Positions 1 to 11,191 of a DNA stretch of 64,000 bases are shown here, one piece after another; position 1 is the stretch's first letter; each line of letters opens with the position of its first letter. The notes beneath the pieces were generated by a model. That model did no database searches, was not told where the DNA came from, and saw only the letters and a list, made by a program, of their open reading frames with translations. This DNA comes from Takakia lepidozioides. Taxonomy: Eukaryota > Plantae > Bryophyta. The DNA lies in the NCBI GenBank assembly GCA_030704615.1, contig CM060733.1, positions 54,126,001 through 54,190,000 of the forward strand. The letters run 5' to 3'. A program made the position numbers and the translations under genes.

Positions 1-452
1 TCTAGTACGCTGTCTCGTAGTGGCAGTTTGTCAATCCACTGGTCGCAATAAAATCAACTCTGTGTATAACATGGCCGCAAATAAATACGGGACCTTGTTG
101 TTGACGAGCGGTACTTGACCCCACAATGTTGTATGTACCTCCTCTGCCCTGTGGCGGAAATGCGGGTTGGCGCAGGAATGCAAGTTAGCTTGATTTTGTT
201 TGGTTTGTGGATCATGCATATCTCTGGGCCACAAACGATTTATGTGACATCAGTACACAATTTCCTGCAGTCACCAAGCGACCACCGCTGCCCCAACTTC
301 CAAACTTCCCAACCTGGTTCTGCAAGAATGTTGGGGTCATTATATATGTCCCAACGAAGTTTGCGCCTGACCCTTTTTGGTTTTTTTTTGGGAGGTCCAG
401 GTTCATTATCGTCATCCCTGGGATGACCTCCTCTGTCTTCCTCCTCCGCCAT
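1..452 (-). pseudogene. Degraded intronless ORF of a mobile element: acidic N-terminus, basic NLS, 'ELILLRPVD' motif; runs off the window edge
   Basis: ORF 240..452 (MAEEEDRG..PPKKKPKRVRRK) appears to continue by frameshift into ORF 31..234 (..AAMLYTELILLRPVD*); TATA motif at 807-816 and palindrome units at 877-987 lie upstream. Confidence 0.45.
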
Positions 453-876
453 TTATGGCTTTGTACCCTTACTCGATAGGTGTTTGTTAAGAAAAATGCT
501 CTCCCAACCCTCCTAAATCGTACCTAATCCTACTCCTTAATGAATCCTCCCCAAGTACTAGAGACACGTGTCACTCCCTCGGCAGTTCTAAGTGATATGA
601 CGTAATGTGCAATGAAAAAAACGTGGGTGTTAGAGGAGGGCTTCCCAGGAGGTACTCAGCATCGATTTCGTAGAATCCAACGGCCCAGAATACCCCCACC
701 CAACCAATAGCACCCCTCTCCACTTGGACTCAATGACAATGAATGCAACATCCTATCGTCCACCAAGTCCTGGTGTGGAGAAAAGTGAGGGAGAGAATGG
801 CCTCCAAGGCCTTATAAGCCCCCCCTCCACACTCGGGGTGTGCGCTGTCATCATGACTGTGCACGCTAGTAATAGC

Positions 877-987
877 TGCGACCGTCAGCAGGGGTGGTCG
901 CAGATTTTTTTTTTAAATTAGCAGGGAGGTGGTCGCATAATTTTGTTTTTTTTAATAGGCGCGACCACCAGCAGAGGGGTGGTCGCA
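877..987 (-). repeat. Three copies (one partial) of the TGCGACCACC-n7-GGTGGTCGCA palindrome with T-rich spacers
   Basis: Units at 877-902, 920-938 and 960-987; same unit as the array at 47910-48348 but in opposite orientation. Confidence 0.9.
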
Positions 988-998
988 GAAATTTTGTT

Positions 999-1425
999 TA
1001 TATATACTTCTGTGACTGTCCGCGGGGGTTTCACAAACAACCATGCCATTTTATGGCGAACCACCACGAAGACCCTCGATTCCCGGTGATGAGTCGCGGT
1101 GAGTCTTGGCCCACCTACCACGGCCCCATTGGACCGTGGTGAGTCCCAAGACTCCCCACGACTCCCACCACAAGGTCTCCGCCCCATGGTGAGTCCTATG
1201 CCACCCCCACTAAGTCCCACTAAGCTACCTCCACCCCTTGTGGAGCCACCCCCACCGCAACCCGGTGTGTGGGGCTTCACCTAGTGAGCGCCTCCGCCTC
1301 CTTGAGTGCCTTGGGCACTCAAGGGTGCTTCAGCCCCCCGTACCTATTGCTGCCACTGCCCCCACCATAGCGGCAGCCCCTCCTGCGTCCCGACCCCCTT
1401 GCCCTCAAGGCAAAGGGCCGCGACA
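999..1425 (-). repeat. 3' LTR, U3-side part only (matches 6429-6805)
   Basis: About 13 substitutions over 377 aligned bp plus 10- and 40-bp indels; starts TGTCGCGG on the minus strand; breaks off at the TATATA box. Confidence 0.92.
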
Positions 1426-1440
1426 CACACCCCTACCAAC
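1426..1440 (-). promoter_or_regulatory. Polypurine tract (PPT)
   Basis: GTTGGTAGGGGTGTG immediately 5' of the 3' LTR on the minus strand. Confidence 0.6.
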
Positions 1441-1949
1441 ATGGAGTCGATGTCCTCATTGACTTGTCCATTTTGTAGAAACGAACATCCAAGTTGTGGC
1501 GTCCCACATCAAGGAGTTTGTTTCCGTACTATGGTGTCCCATGACAAAGAACCAAACCCCACACTTGACTCTATTCTCCACTAGCTAGTTCGGCCGACTT
1601 CCAAGTCTCGGCCAATGGTGGAGCCTCTCAAGCTCCTCCCAGTGCACTCTTCTTGGTCTACTTCAAGGCCAAGGAACGATCCTCCCCGAGGATCGAATCG
1701 CCTTACTGCAACAACATTGCCTGCGATCGCTCATGATGCCGCTTTTGGCATCACATTGAGCAAGGGTTCACCTTGAACCCTTTTTGACTAGGAAGATAAC
1801 CTTGGACTAACCATGCGCCCCAATCACTACAATTGGGTCCGCCTTGGAATGTTGGCCTGAGGTACGGGAACACGCCGAAACCGCACTACAACTTCGTCCC
1901 GAGGCTATACGATTATAGTACGTGAACGGAAGCACATAGCTTCGTCCCG

Positions 1950-3384
1950 CATATGGAGGTACGAACTTCGGACTCACTTCCGGAGGTAGTAAGAAATTTC
2001 TGAAGTTCAACTAGACCTCCGTGCCTGCCTCAAACTTAACTTCCCTCCGCTTCCGATTCGCCTGCCGTTTATACCGTTTCCTAGCTTTGGCAATGTTGTA
2101 CTTTGCGAGCTTCAACAAACGCTCGCGTTCTTCCAGCACCGCTGCTGCTTCAACGTCTTGGGCGACTCAACTTGTTGGCACCAGAGGTGTTTTTCCATAG
2201 ACCAATACGATAGGGGAAATTCCCGTTGCGGAGTGTTTTGTGTTATTATAACATAACTCTGCCGCATCCAAGTGCTCCACCCAGTCCGATTGGTCTGCCG
2301 ACACGTAATTCCGCAAGATCTGTTTCACCACAGAATTCACTCTTTCTGTTTGGCCGTCCGTCGTAGGTCGGAAGGCAGTGCTCATCTTGAGCCTCGTCCC
2401 CATCTTCTTCCAAAGTGCCCTCCAAAATTTACTCGTGAACTTTGGATCGCGGTCCGAGACAATATCCTTCGGGAGTCCATGATGCTTGAAGACGTGGGCG
2501 AAGTAAAGTCGCCCCGTCTCCTGCGCCGTTGCCGTCTCCTTGGTGGAGATGAAATGGCCCATTTTACTGAACCTATCCACCACCACCATGATCGTATCAA
2601 ATTCTTTTGACAGCGGCATAGCAGTCATTAAATCCATCGAGACACTTTCCCAAGACCCCTCTAGAATCGACAAGGGTTGTAACAGCCCCGCTTGCTTTTT
2701 GTACTCGCTCCGATTTTGTTGGCATGTGGTGCATGTCTTGACATACTCCTCGGCCTCCTCCCTCAGTTTGGGCCAGAAATACTCTTTCTTCAAGAGTGTC
2801 GCGATGCGCTTGGCTCCGCCGTGGCCCGCAAGCGGGCCATTATGACATTCTTTCAAGATACTATCTTTGATCCCTCCTTTCGGCACGTAGAGACGCTTTT
2901 GCTTATACCGGAGCAGTCCATTTTGCAAGTGGAAGTGCGATTTAACCCCCATCCTCAAGTCCCGCATCATGAACTTCGCCATCTCATCATTCCGGTAAGC
3001 CTTCCGGATCTTATTTTGGAACGTTGTCTCGCCCCTGTACACAAACATGAGCTGCTGCTTTCTACTTAAAGCATCGGCCACCACATTGTCCCGTCTCGGT
3101 TTGTACTGGATATCCACGTCGAACACCGCCAAAGTATCTTGCCACCTAAGTTGTTTTGGGGACAACTTAGGCTGCGTGGCAAAATACTTCACCGTGACAT
3201 TGTCCGTGAACACCTTCACCGGGTTGGAACCAACATAGTGGCGCCAAAGCTCAAGGCAATGCACCATCGCCTTCATTTCTTTCTCATGCGTAGGCCACCG
3301 TCGCTCCACTTCATTCAGTTTCTTACTTTCGTAAGCCACTGGACGTCCATCCTGCATGAGTACACCCCCTATTGCGAAGTCCAA
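1950..3384 (-). pseudogene. Pol RNase H + integrase with stops; C-terminus disrupted
   Basis: ORF 2167..3384: RH (VAYESKKL, FTDN), HHCC Zn finger (ECH..AGH..CTTC), DDE core (SMDL, SDRD, GQTERVN); continues past stops to ..KFVPPYAG. Confidence 0.92.
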
Positions 3385-4307
3385 CGCATCCGTATGAATC
3401 TCAAAATGGATGGTCGAACTCCGGGATTTTGAGGACTGGAGCTTCCGCCATCCGTTGCTTCAACTCGGCAAAAGCTTTGGCCACAAAAGGTGTTCCATAC
3501 CCAGACTTTGGATTTACACAAAAGGTCTGACAACGGCCCCGCGATCTTGGCGAAATTTCTCACATACTTCCGGTAATAGGAGGTGAGTCCTAGGAAGGAT
3601 CGCACTCCCGGGACCGAAGTCGGAGGCTCCCAATCCAAGATCGCTCTCACCTTCCTGTCATCCATTTTGATCCCATCCTGTGTAATCACATGCCCTAGGA
3701 ACTCCACTTTTGTGACCCCGAATTCGCACTTTGAAGCTTTGGCATACAACTTCCCTTCTCGTAATTTCTGGAACACCCTTTTTAGGTGCTCTAGGTGCTC
3801 TTCCTTTGTTTTCGAGTACACCAGTATATCATCGATGTATACGATTACAAAGTCATCCAACCACTCCTGGAAAAGGCTGTTCATTAGCATGCTAAAGGTC
3901 GCGGGTGTGTTGGTGAGCCCAAAAGGCATCACCAATAATTCATACGAACCATATCTTGTCCTGCACGCGGTCTTCTCCTCATCTCCTTCTGCCACTCGGA
4001 TCTGATGATACCCGGAGCGCAAATCGATCCGGCTGAAATACTTCGCTCCTGCCAACCGATCGAAGAGGTCGTCGATCCTTGGCAAAGGGTACCGGTTCTT
4101 GATAGTCACCTTATTCAGGACCCTGTAATCGACACACATCCGCAGCATCCCATCCTCCTTGTCTGCGAATAGCACTGGGGCTCCGTAAGGTGACTTACTT
4201 GGCCGGATGTACCCCTTTGACATTAGATCCTTGAGCTGAGTCTTCAGCTCGACCAACTCTCTGTGGCTCAACCGGTAGGGCGCCTTGGCAGGCGGTTCCG
4301 ATCCCAT
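3369..4307 (-). pseudogene. Pol reverse transcriptase, frameshifted at both ends
   Basis: [25 protein letters not shown] and YIDD motifs. Confidence 0.95.
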
Positions 4308-4592
4308 GTATCACCTCAATCTTGTGGTGAACTCCCCTTCTCGGTGGCAAACCGCTTGGTAAATCCTCCGGCATCACATCCTGGTATTTCTCCAAGATCC
4401 CCTTGATCCAATCTGGGCTCAGCTCCCCATCGTCTTCTCCTTTCACTTGTCTTACGTAAAGCAAAAACTGGGGCTCGTGTGGCTCCTCCACGGCCCACTC
4501 CCTTGCTGACAGAAGGTTTATTCGCCCTCCCACGGGTTTGGGCCTTTCCGACACTCGTAAAACTTCGCCACCATTCCCACACGGCAGCGTGA

Positions 4593-4910
4593 CTACTCTC
4601 TTGCGTCATCTATGACCGCTCCGGATTTGCTCAAAAAGGTCATCCCCAAAATGAGATCCACTCCATCGATCTCGCAAATGGTAAAGTTCTCACGTCCCTC
4701 CCAACTCCCCAGTTGAAGAGGAACATCGAACGCTAACCTCGTCGCCAATTGTGGTTCTCCTTTGGCAGAATGCACCTCAATAGAGGCCCCCACGTCACTT
4801 GTCGAGAGCCCCAGCTTTCGTGCCGATGCCGGTGTCATGAAGGAGTGTGACGCTCCTGTGTCCACCAACAACGACACGTTAGTTCCGGAAATTATCCCAT
4901 CCACGAACAA
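4593..4910 (-). pseudogene. Retroviral-type aspartic protease
   Basis: LLVDTGASH catalytic motif and DLILGM. Confidence 0.9.
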
Positions 4911-5969
4911 TTATTGACTCCCTTTACGCAGGGCACCAGTTTCCTGATACAACTCACAAGAGTAGTTGCCTACCTTGCAAGTTTTGGCGACCACCGCTTG
5001 TCGGGGCTTTGCGCACTTTTTAGCCATGTGTCCGGGCTCCTCGCAATTAAAACACACTCCATCGAAGGTCGCCTTTTGTCCGCCATAAGGCGTCGCACCT
5101 GATTTTTCTTTCGGAGCACCGGGTGTCGTCTTGGCGTGTGAAGGTCCTCCCTTCGATTTCCACGTGCCATTGTCGCCGCGTGACCTATCCCACTTCTTTT
5201 CCGGTCGAAAAGAGTCACCCTCCCACCGAGTCTTTTTGTGGTTCAGCTCCATACGACCTTGTCTTTCGCCCTTAGGGACATCCGAGAAGCATTCAGCCCT
5301 CTCAATTGCCTCGTTCAAAGTCTTCGGTGGCTTTTCCTCCAACTTCCGCCTGGCCCATGGGGCCAGTCCCGCCACAAAGTTGAAGACCATTTCTGGTTCT
5401 GCCATGTCCGTGACTTCGAGCAACAACACATTGAAAGCCTGAACATATCCCCGAATGTCATCTGTTTGCTTCAAATTCCTCATCTTGTCCCGGGCGAGCC
5501 AGGACGCGTTGAGGGGCACAAACTATCTCTTCATCAGTTCCTTGAACCCACTCCAGTTCAAGGTTTCCGGGTTTGGACCTTGGTCGTGAAGGCATTTCTG
5601 CCACCATTGTTGAGCATAGCCCCTCAAATAGGTAGGAGCCACTTCCACCCGATCCTCGTTACTCAATTTGGCTGCCTGGAAGTACTGCTCTAGCTCCAAG
5701 AGCCAGGTGTTGAGTGCCTTCCGATTTCGGACGCCCTCGAAGGTGCCGGGTTCCTTAGGCTTCACCTTAAACTTTGCCTTAGTGGAAGTGACATTAGCCG
5801 CCTTCAACACGTCTTTCAACGTCCCGCCAAACTGCGCCAACAACCCTTCCCAAAAGGCTGCTGGCATGGGAGACATCTGTTGGTCCGTCGGAGCTCTCAT
5901 GGATTCCTCGGGCTCCGACTCCTCAGATTCCTCCCGTTCTTGAGCTGCCTCGCTTTCAAAAGCATGCAT
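4911..5969 (-). pseudogene. Gag (capsid + CCHC zinc knuckle) with an in-frame stop near 5523
   Basis: KEPGTFEG, YLRGYAQQWW, LKQTDDIRGYVQAF, CFNCEEPGHMAKKC. Confidence 0.92.
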
Positions 5970-6114
5970 CGCTTCCTCAATGGCCGCTTCGGTGACACGT
6001 CGCCCCCATGGGGTTCACCAGGATAATCATCTTTCGGGCCGTTCCGCTTTCGTTTTGGCTTGCCTGACCCCATGATGAGGCCGAACCCAAGGACGATCGC
6101 GTACTGAACTCTAA

Positions 6115-6126
6115 GCTCTGATACCA
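6115..6126 (-). promoter_or_regulatory. Primer-binding site for initiator tRNA-Met
   Basis: TGGTATCAGAGC 2 nt downstream of the LTR-terminal CA. Confidence 0.95.
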
Positions 6127-6128
6127 AG

Positions 6129-6805
6129 TGTCGCGCACCTCATTTCAGTAAGCTCTCCTTCAAGTCATAGTTACTCGCTTTGATGCCCGCGCCTAACTCC
6201 CAACCTGGCCGCCGGGCCAACTTGGAGCTTCGGCTGCTCACCGGGACATAACGGTCCCCCTTTATTCTTCCACCAGACCCTCTACCAATTTGGACCTAGT
6301 GGAAATTCCCTTTGGTAGATGGCAGTCCGGAATAATTCCCCACTCCTTGGTCGTTTTCCGGCTCGCTCGCTTACTCACTAGTTTTTGGTCACCAACGGGC
6401 TTGCACCGTTATCGGGGTTACTACTCCCTATATATACTTCTGTGACTGTCCGCGGGGGTTTTATGCCGTTTTATGGCGAACCACCATGAAGACCCTCGAT
6501 TCCCGGTGATGAGTCGCGGTGAGTCCCAAGACTCCCCACGACTCCCACCACAAGGTCTCCGCCCCATGGTGAGTCCTATGCCACCCCCACTAAGTCCCAC
6601 TAAGCTACCTCCACCCCTTGTGGAGCCACCCCCACCGCAACCCGGTGCGCGGGGCTCCACCTAGTGAGCGCCTTCGCCTCCTTGAGTGCCTTGGGCACTC
6701 AAGGGTGCTTCAGCCCCCCGTACCTATTGCTGCCATTGCCCCCACCACAGGGGCAGCCCCTCCTGCGTCCCGACCCCCCTGACCTCATGGCAAAGGGCCG
6801 CGACA
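6129..6805 (-). repeat. Complete 5' LTR (677 bp)
   Basis: TGTCGCG...CGCGACA terminal inverted repeat; adjacent to the PBS; outer flank reads CATAA on the element strand. Confidence 0.93.
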
Positions 6806-9379
6806 TTATGTGCTCACCTACCACATCAAGACATGTGCAAAATTTGGAGGCAATCGTCCCAGATCTGCAAAATTGCCACCATTGAATGTGGGGCCCATTT
6901 TTTGGGCCCCCAGTGAAAAAAAACAAGTTGGAGTCAATAAAATTGGGAATTTACCTGACGGGATGACCATTTTAGCTGAATCTTCTCCCAGTTGTCCCCC
7001 TCCAGATCCTTCATCCAGCAAGATGAAATGCAGGCCATTTGGCCAAGCAATGTGCTTGTGACATTTGGTCAAAATAGGGGGGGGGGTACATCAAATGTGT
7101 GAAGTAAATAGGACCTGCAGGAGGCCAGCGTACGAGAGGCGTGGGAGGTCTCCAGCCGACCCCCTTGTACTTTAAGAAAATCCTACTCACTGCCCTGAGG
7201 GGATCTAGGGGATCTGTAAATGGGAGGTGATAGCCAACTTCTGGGCCCTCAAGATGGCCCATATTTCACCACAAATGGCCAAGATCTGCAAAAGTTGTGG
7301 GCCACGAAAACCTCCATCGACCCGATTCGGGTCGCAGGGGCTATATAACGAGTCAGAGATGTGCAATTGAGACTGTTGTACAAATAGGTGTACAATGGAG
7401 ATTAGTTTGGTTTTGGGTTTGCCAATGCATGGCAAGCTGTAACATGAGGCATGGCGGATTGGGGTGGGCATACTTTGCGTGTCCAAGTATGGATGAATGT
7501 GTGATTAGTAGTGATGTCCAAAGCACATTCATGTAGAGTTGATCTTGTCCTATTTGCAGAGACATAACCTACACCTACCTACACCCACTACTATCACAAC
7601 CGGAAAGAGGACCCAGTAGCTCCACATCATTGGTATTTCATACTTATGGCATCAAATACATCAGATGACAATGCATTACACTACCTACGTATCTTATCCT
7701 CCAAAGATGCCGCACTTTTTCATAACTGGCAAATGTAGAGCTTCTGCTGATGTGGCACACTCTCATTCGTTGAGAGCAGAGGCATTCCCACACTCTTCTT
7801 AAAAGCGATGATGTGTCACTCCACCAATTGCTGGTTATTCTCATCTCCGCAGCGAAAACAGGATGTAACCCTCCAAGATCCCGCGGTTCCCTGCTCCCAA
7901 AGGACACCCAGTCCATAACCTTGACAATCGGGCGACGACTAGTCGCTTGTTATACATTGTTTCTAGCCCTTAGCAGTGGACATGACTGATGCAACTTTGT
8001 CGTTCTTCCATGACCGCATTGTCTGATGTTATCAGGAGACCAACTATTGAATGTTCATATGTTGACTCCTTCAAATGATTTAAAAGGGCCCCTGTTCCCC
8101 TTTCAAAAAATAAAAAAAATAAAAAAAATGATGAAACCCATACAACTTTATTTCACAAAAGTAACTGTACGCTAACATGATCTTGGGCTCAAATCCCGGC
8201 CAACTTCAAAAGTTGGAAAGTGGGTTCTTTTCCCGACCTTCCGTTGATTATCTCTGCAGGTCGGAAACAGCACCTAGGCTGGCCCCTAGAACCACAACCT
8301 TCCGTTTGACCGAGTATTCAACTCTCCCACTAGTTTATTGTTGTTGGGATATTTGGCCACAGATTCAATTCTATCTTATGACAGAATGCCTTTATAAAAA
8401 AATATATATATATATATATGACAGAATGGAATAATAATATTGTATAATTTCCAAGTCAATCTGGCCTGTAATCTTGCGCCATCAGTTGAGATACCAGCCA
8501 AGGAACCTCATCACGTGAATATAAATCTATACTGTGGATTTACATGGTCATAGGTAATGGTCATAGGTAATGACAACCAATGTTGACGAAAAATACAGGG
8601 GTGGAACTGCACCATTGACCCCATTTATGTTCTCAAGACTAAGTAAATCATATTTGTAGGATGAGGGAATGGACCATTGAAATCCGATCATATAAGTCCT
8701 AAATCGGATGGATAGTCGTCGATTGCCAGTCTTGACTGTGAATCAGATAAGCGGAATCTCCTATAAAACGAAGTTTGACTGTTGAAGTTTGAACACAGAC
8801 TCGGACGTCCAATTGTTTTCTTTTCATTTTTCCAAAATCGTAGGCTGGGCCACATGATTTTGTTTTTTAATAATCTTTGCAGACCAGGGGATGGTAACCC
8901 TGGAGAAACAGGAATAGGAAAAAAAAAAAAAAAAAGAAGAAGTCCAGGGTGACTAAAACTGTAAAAATACAACTAATTAAGACTATTTACAAAATCTTAA
9001 TCTCTACAGATGAATGAAATCTATGAGTTCATCCAATTCTGGTGGGGCTGGTCAGAGTAGCCTCAGTCAAAGTTACGGCTGAGTATAAATCAGTCGCTCA
9101 CTGCCTGTCTGACATGGCCATTTCTCTTGGTAGGGATCATCTCTCTCTCTCTCTCTCCCCCAGATGCTCTTCTCACTCTAAGACTCTTCAGCATCATCTG
9201 ATTTCTGTTTAGAGATGATACAAAGATCTTTCAGTCTAAGAAATTTCAAACTGCTGTGGCTGATCGCTCTTTAGTTGAGATAGAGGGGAAAAATCATGTG
9301 GGTTAGGGGTAAGTGATCTCAACAAAAGCTCAATCTTTTCGTAGAGAATCGGACAGGAAGGCGGTCTTTGTAAGAAGCA

Positions 9380-10063
9380 ATGGGGAACTGTATGTGCATG
9401 GGAGGCCAGAATCGTAGCAGTAATGGGCAGCCGGGTCGTCCCGGTGTGAAAGTAGTGCTTGCAGGCGGTGTGGTGGAGGAATTCAAGCGGCCAGTGACAG
9501 TAGCAGAGCTCACCCTGGCGCACCCTCACCACCTTTTGTGCCATTCTAGCGCCCTGACCTCACTCTCGAAGCGTTCCGTCCTGCCAGCAGACCTCCAACT
9601 AGAACCAGGGCGTTTGTACTACCTTCTTCCCAGCCACAAGTTCAAGGATTCCGTCTCTCCTTCCAAAAAGGGTAAGGATTCAAACGGCGAGGAAAACTCA
9701 CATGAGGCCACGGGTCATGTTAAGAATGCACACCTAGCAAAGAAGACAGATTCCGAACCATTCCAAATACAACACTGGAAGGGGCCTGGGATAGCTCAAG
9801 TCACAGTGCGTGGGCAAGACGTCACCAAACTGTTCTCAGATAAGCATCGACCTAACGTTGCGGACATGAGCTATTCCACACCAGATCTACGCAGTTTGTA
9901 TGCTGCCGGGCCGCCACAAGTAACCCTTGATCGGTGTAATTCTTGGAAACCAAGGCTGGAAACCATCCACGAGGTCGGCGTATTGTCAAAGAAGAGGATA
10001 GAAAACTTCGTGCGAGGAAGAGGTTCCAAAAGCAAAGTACACAGCCACCTCGTGAGTAACTGA
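9380..10063 (+). CDS. PADRE (DUF4228) domain protein, intronless, 227 aa
   Basis: MGNC N-terminus; VKVVLAGGVVEEF..VTVAEL..HPHH.LC..LEPGRLYYLLP; C-terminal WKPRLETIHE motif. Confidence 0.9.
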   Translation: MGNCMCMGGQNRSSNGQPGRPGVKVVLAGGVVEEFKRPVTVAELTLAHPHHLLCHSSALTSLSKRSVLPADLQLEPGRLYYLLPSHKFKDSVSPSKKGKDSNGEENSHEATGHVKNAHLAKKTDSEPFQIQHWKGPGIAQVTVRGQDVTKLFSDKHRPNVADMSYSTPDLRSLYAAGPPQVTLDRCNSWKPRLETIHEVGVLSKKRIENFVRGRGSKSKVHSHLVSN

Positions 10064-11191
10064 GGAACGAGCTAATGCACACCTTCAAGTGCTCAGCTCT
10101 GAAAGGTGATTTTAGTTGAGACGCCTGAGGTGACCAAGCTTCACTGAATAGGCCATCTCGGAGGAATGTATGTCACCTTGAATTTCAAGTGTTGGTGTAG
10201 ACTTCGGGTCGTCGACAAGAGGGGTCGAATACGCCTTTGAACAAGCTCTCTCCCAGTTCGATTAGAAGCGAAGATCATCGCTGGGAATATAATCCAAGCT
10301 ACTGTATTGAGGAAACGATGTTGCAGGCAGAGATGGGCAATGTACATTAGTCAGCAAATTTTGACACACAAGCGAGATGCGCACATTGGGTTGCAACTTG
10401 CGCCCCGGCCAGATCCAGGCAGCTAGTTCACCCTTGTAGAAACGTAACTTCATCGAAACATTAATTGAGACCCAATCAGATGCGATCCAGATTGCTCCGA
10501 AACTTCTGCCTGCAGACAAAGACACTCCGACATTTAGGGATCAGAAGAGAGAGATACTGAACTTTGAAGCTCCTCATATCACTGTAGATTCATAACAGAC
10601 TCGTTTGAGAAAGAAGATCATGTAGACAATTTCAATCTTGCCAACAATTTGAAAAGATTCCATCATGTACACATCTCCAGCTTGTGGTCCTTGTATATGA
10701 CCAAAACGTGATGAAGTTGAGGAACCTGATGATGTGCTCACCCTACCCCTTTTCTTTGGTGGCAATTGCCAAGATCGATGCTCACATCCATTTCCAATCT
10801 TTACATAGGAAAGCTAATGTGACCCTTCCTTCCCAAATCAAACAAAGTTTTGTGAAATTATCAAGGGCCAACAACCGAGAGTCTGATTGTGGAAAGTGTT
10901 GTGTGATGTATGATGAGTCAGAGGTTGCTCATTGACCTTATCAAACTCAGGGATTCAGAACTGTCACTCATGAAGTCCAGAGCAATATCGGCTGATTTGG
11001 TACAAGCATTGTGTCAAGAGTTGCAGCTTCAATTTTCAAAGAATGAGCCTTGGTCTTTGCACCAACAACCAGTGTGCTTGGGAGACCAAGACATACAGAC
11101 AAAAGGTGTGACTGAAAGAATAAGAACTCCAATGATTGTTACAAATACAGATTACATAGCTAAATTATTCCCCCTGCCTACATTTGTTGGG

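Larger units (their letters stand above)
999..6805 (-). mobile_element. Ty3/Gypsy LTR retrotransposon (chromovirus, Galadriel-like), degenerate; 3' LTR split
   Basis: Order gag-PR-RT-RH-INT; tRNA-Met PBS; PPT; TG..CA LTR; [17 protein letters not shown] and [14 protein letters not shown] resemble Galadriel-type chromoviruses. Confidence 0.95.

Noticed and set aside
918-1584. Pro/Gly-rich ORFs in the LTR (also at 6421-6926)
   Set aside because: Chance ORFs in GC-rich LTR sequence on both strands
4911-4913. Programmed gag-pol stop-codon readthrough
   Set aside because: The element has several other stops and frameshifts, so a point mutation is the simpler explanation
7590-7960. Transposase fragment
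   Set aside because: It looks like decayed coding sequence but has no diagnostic motif
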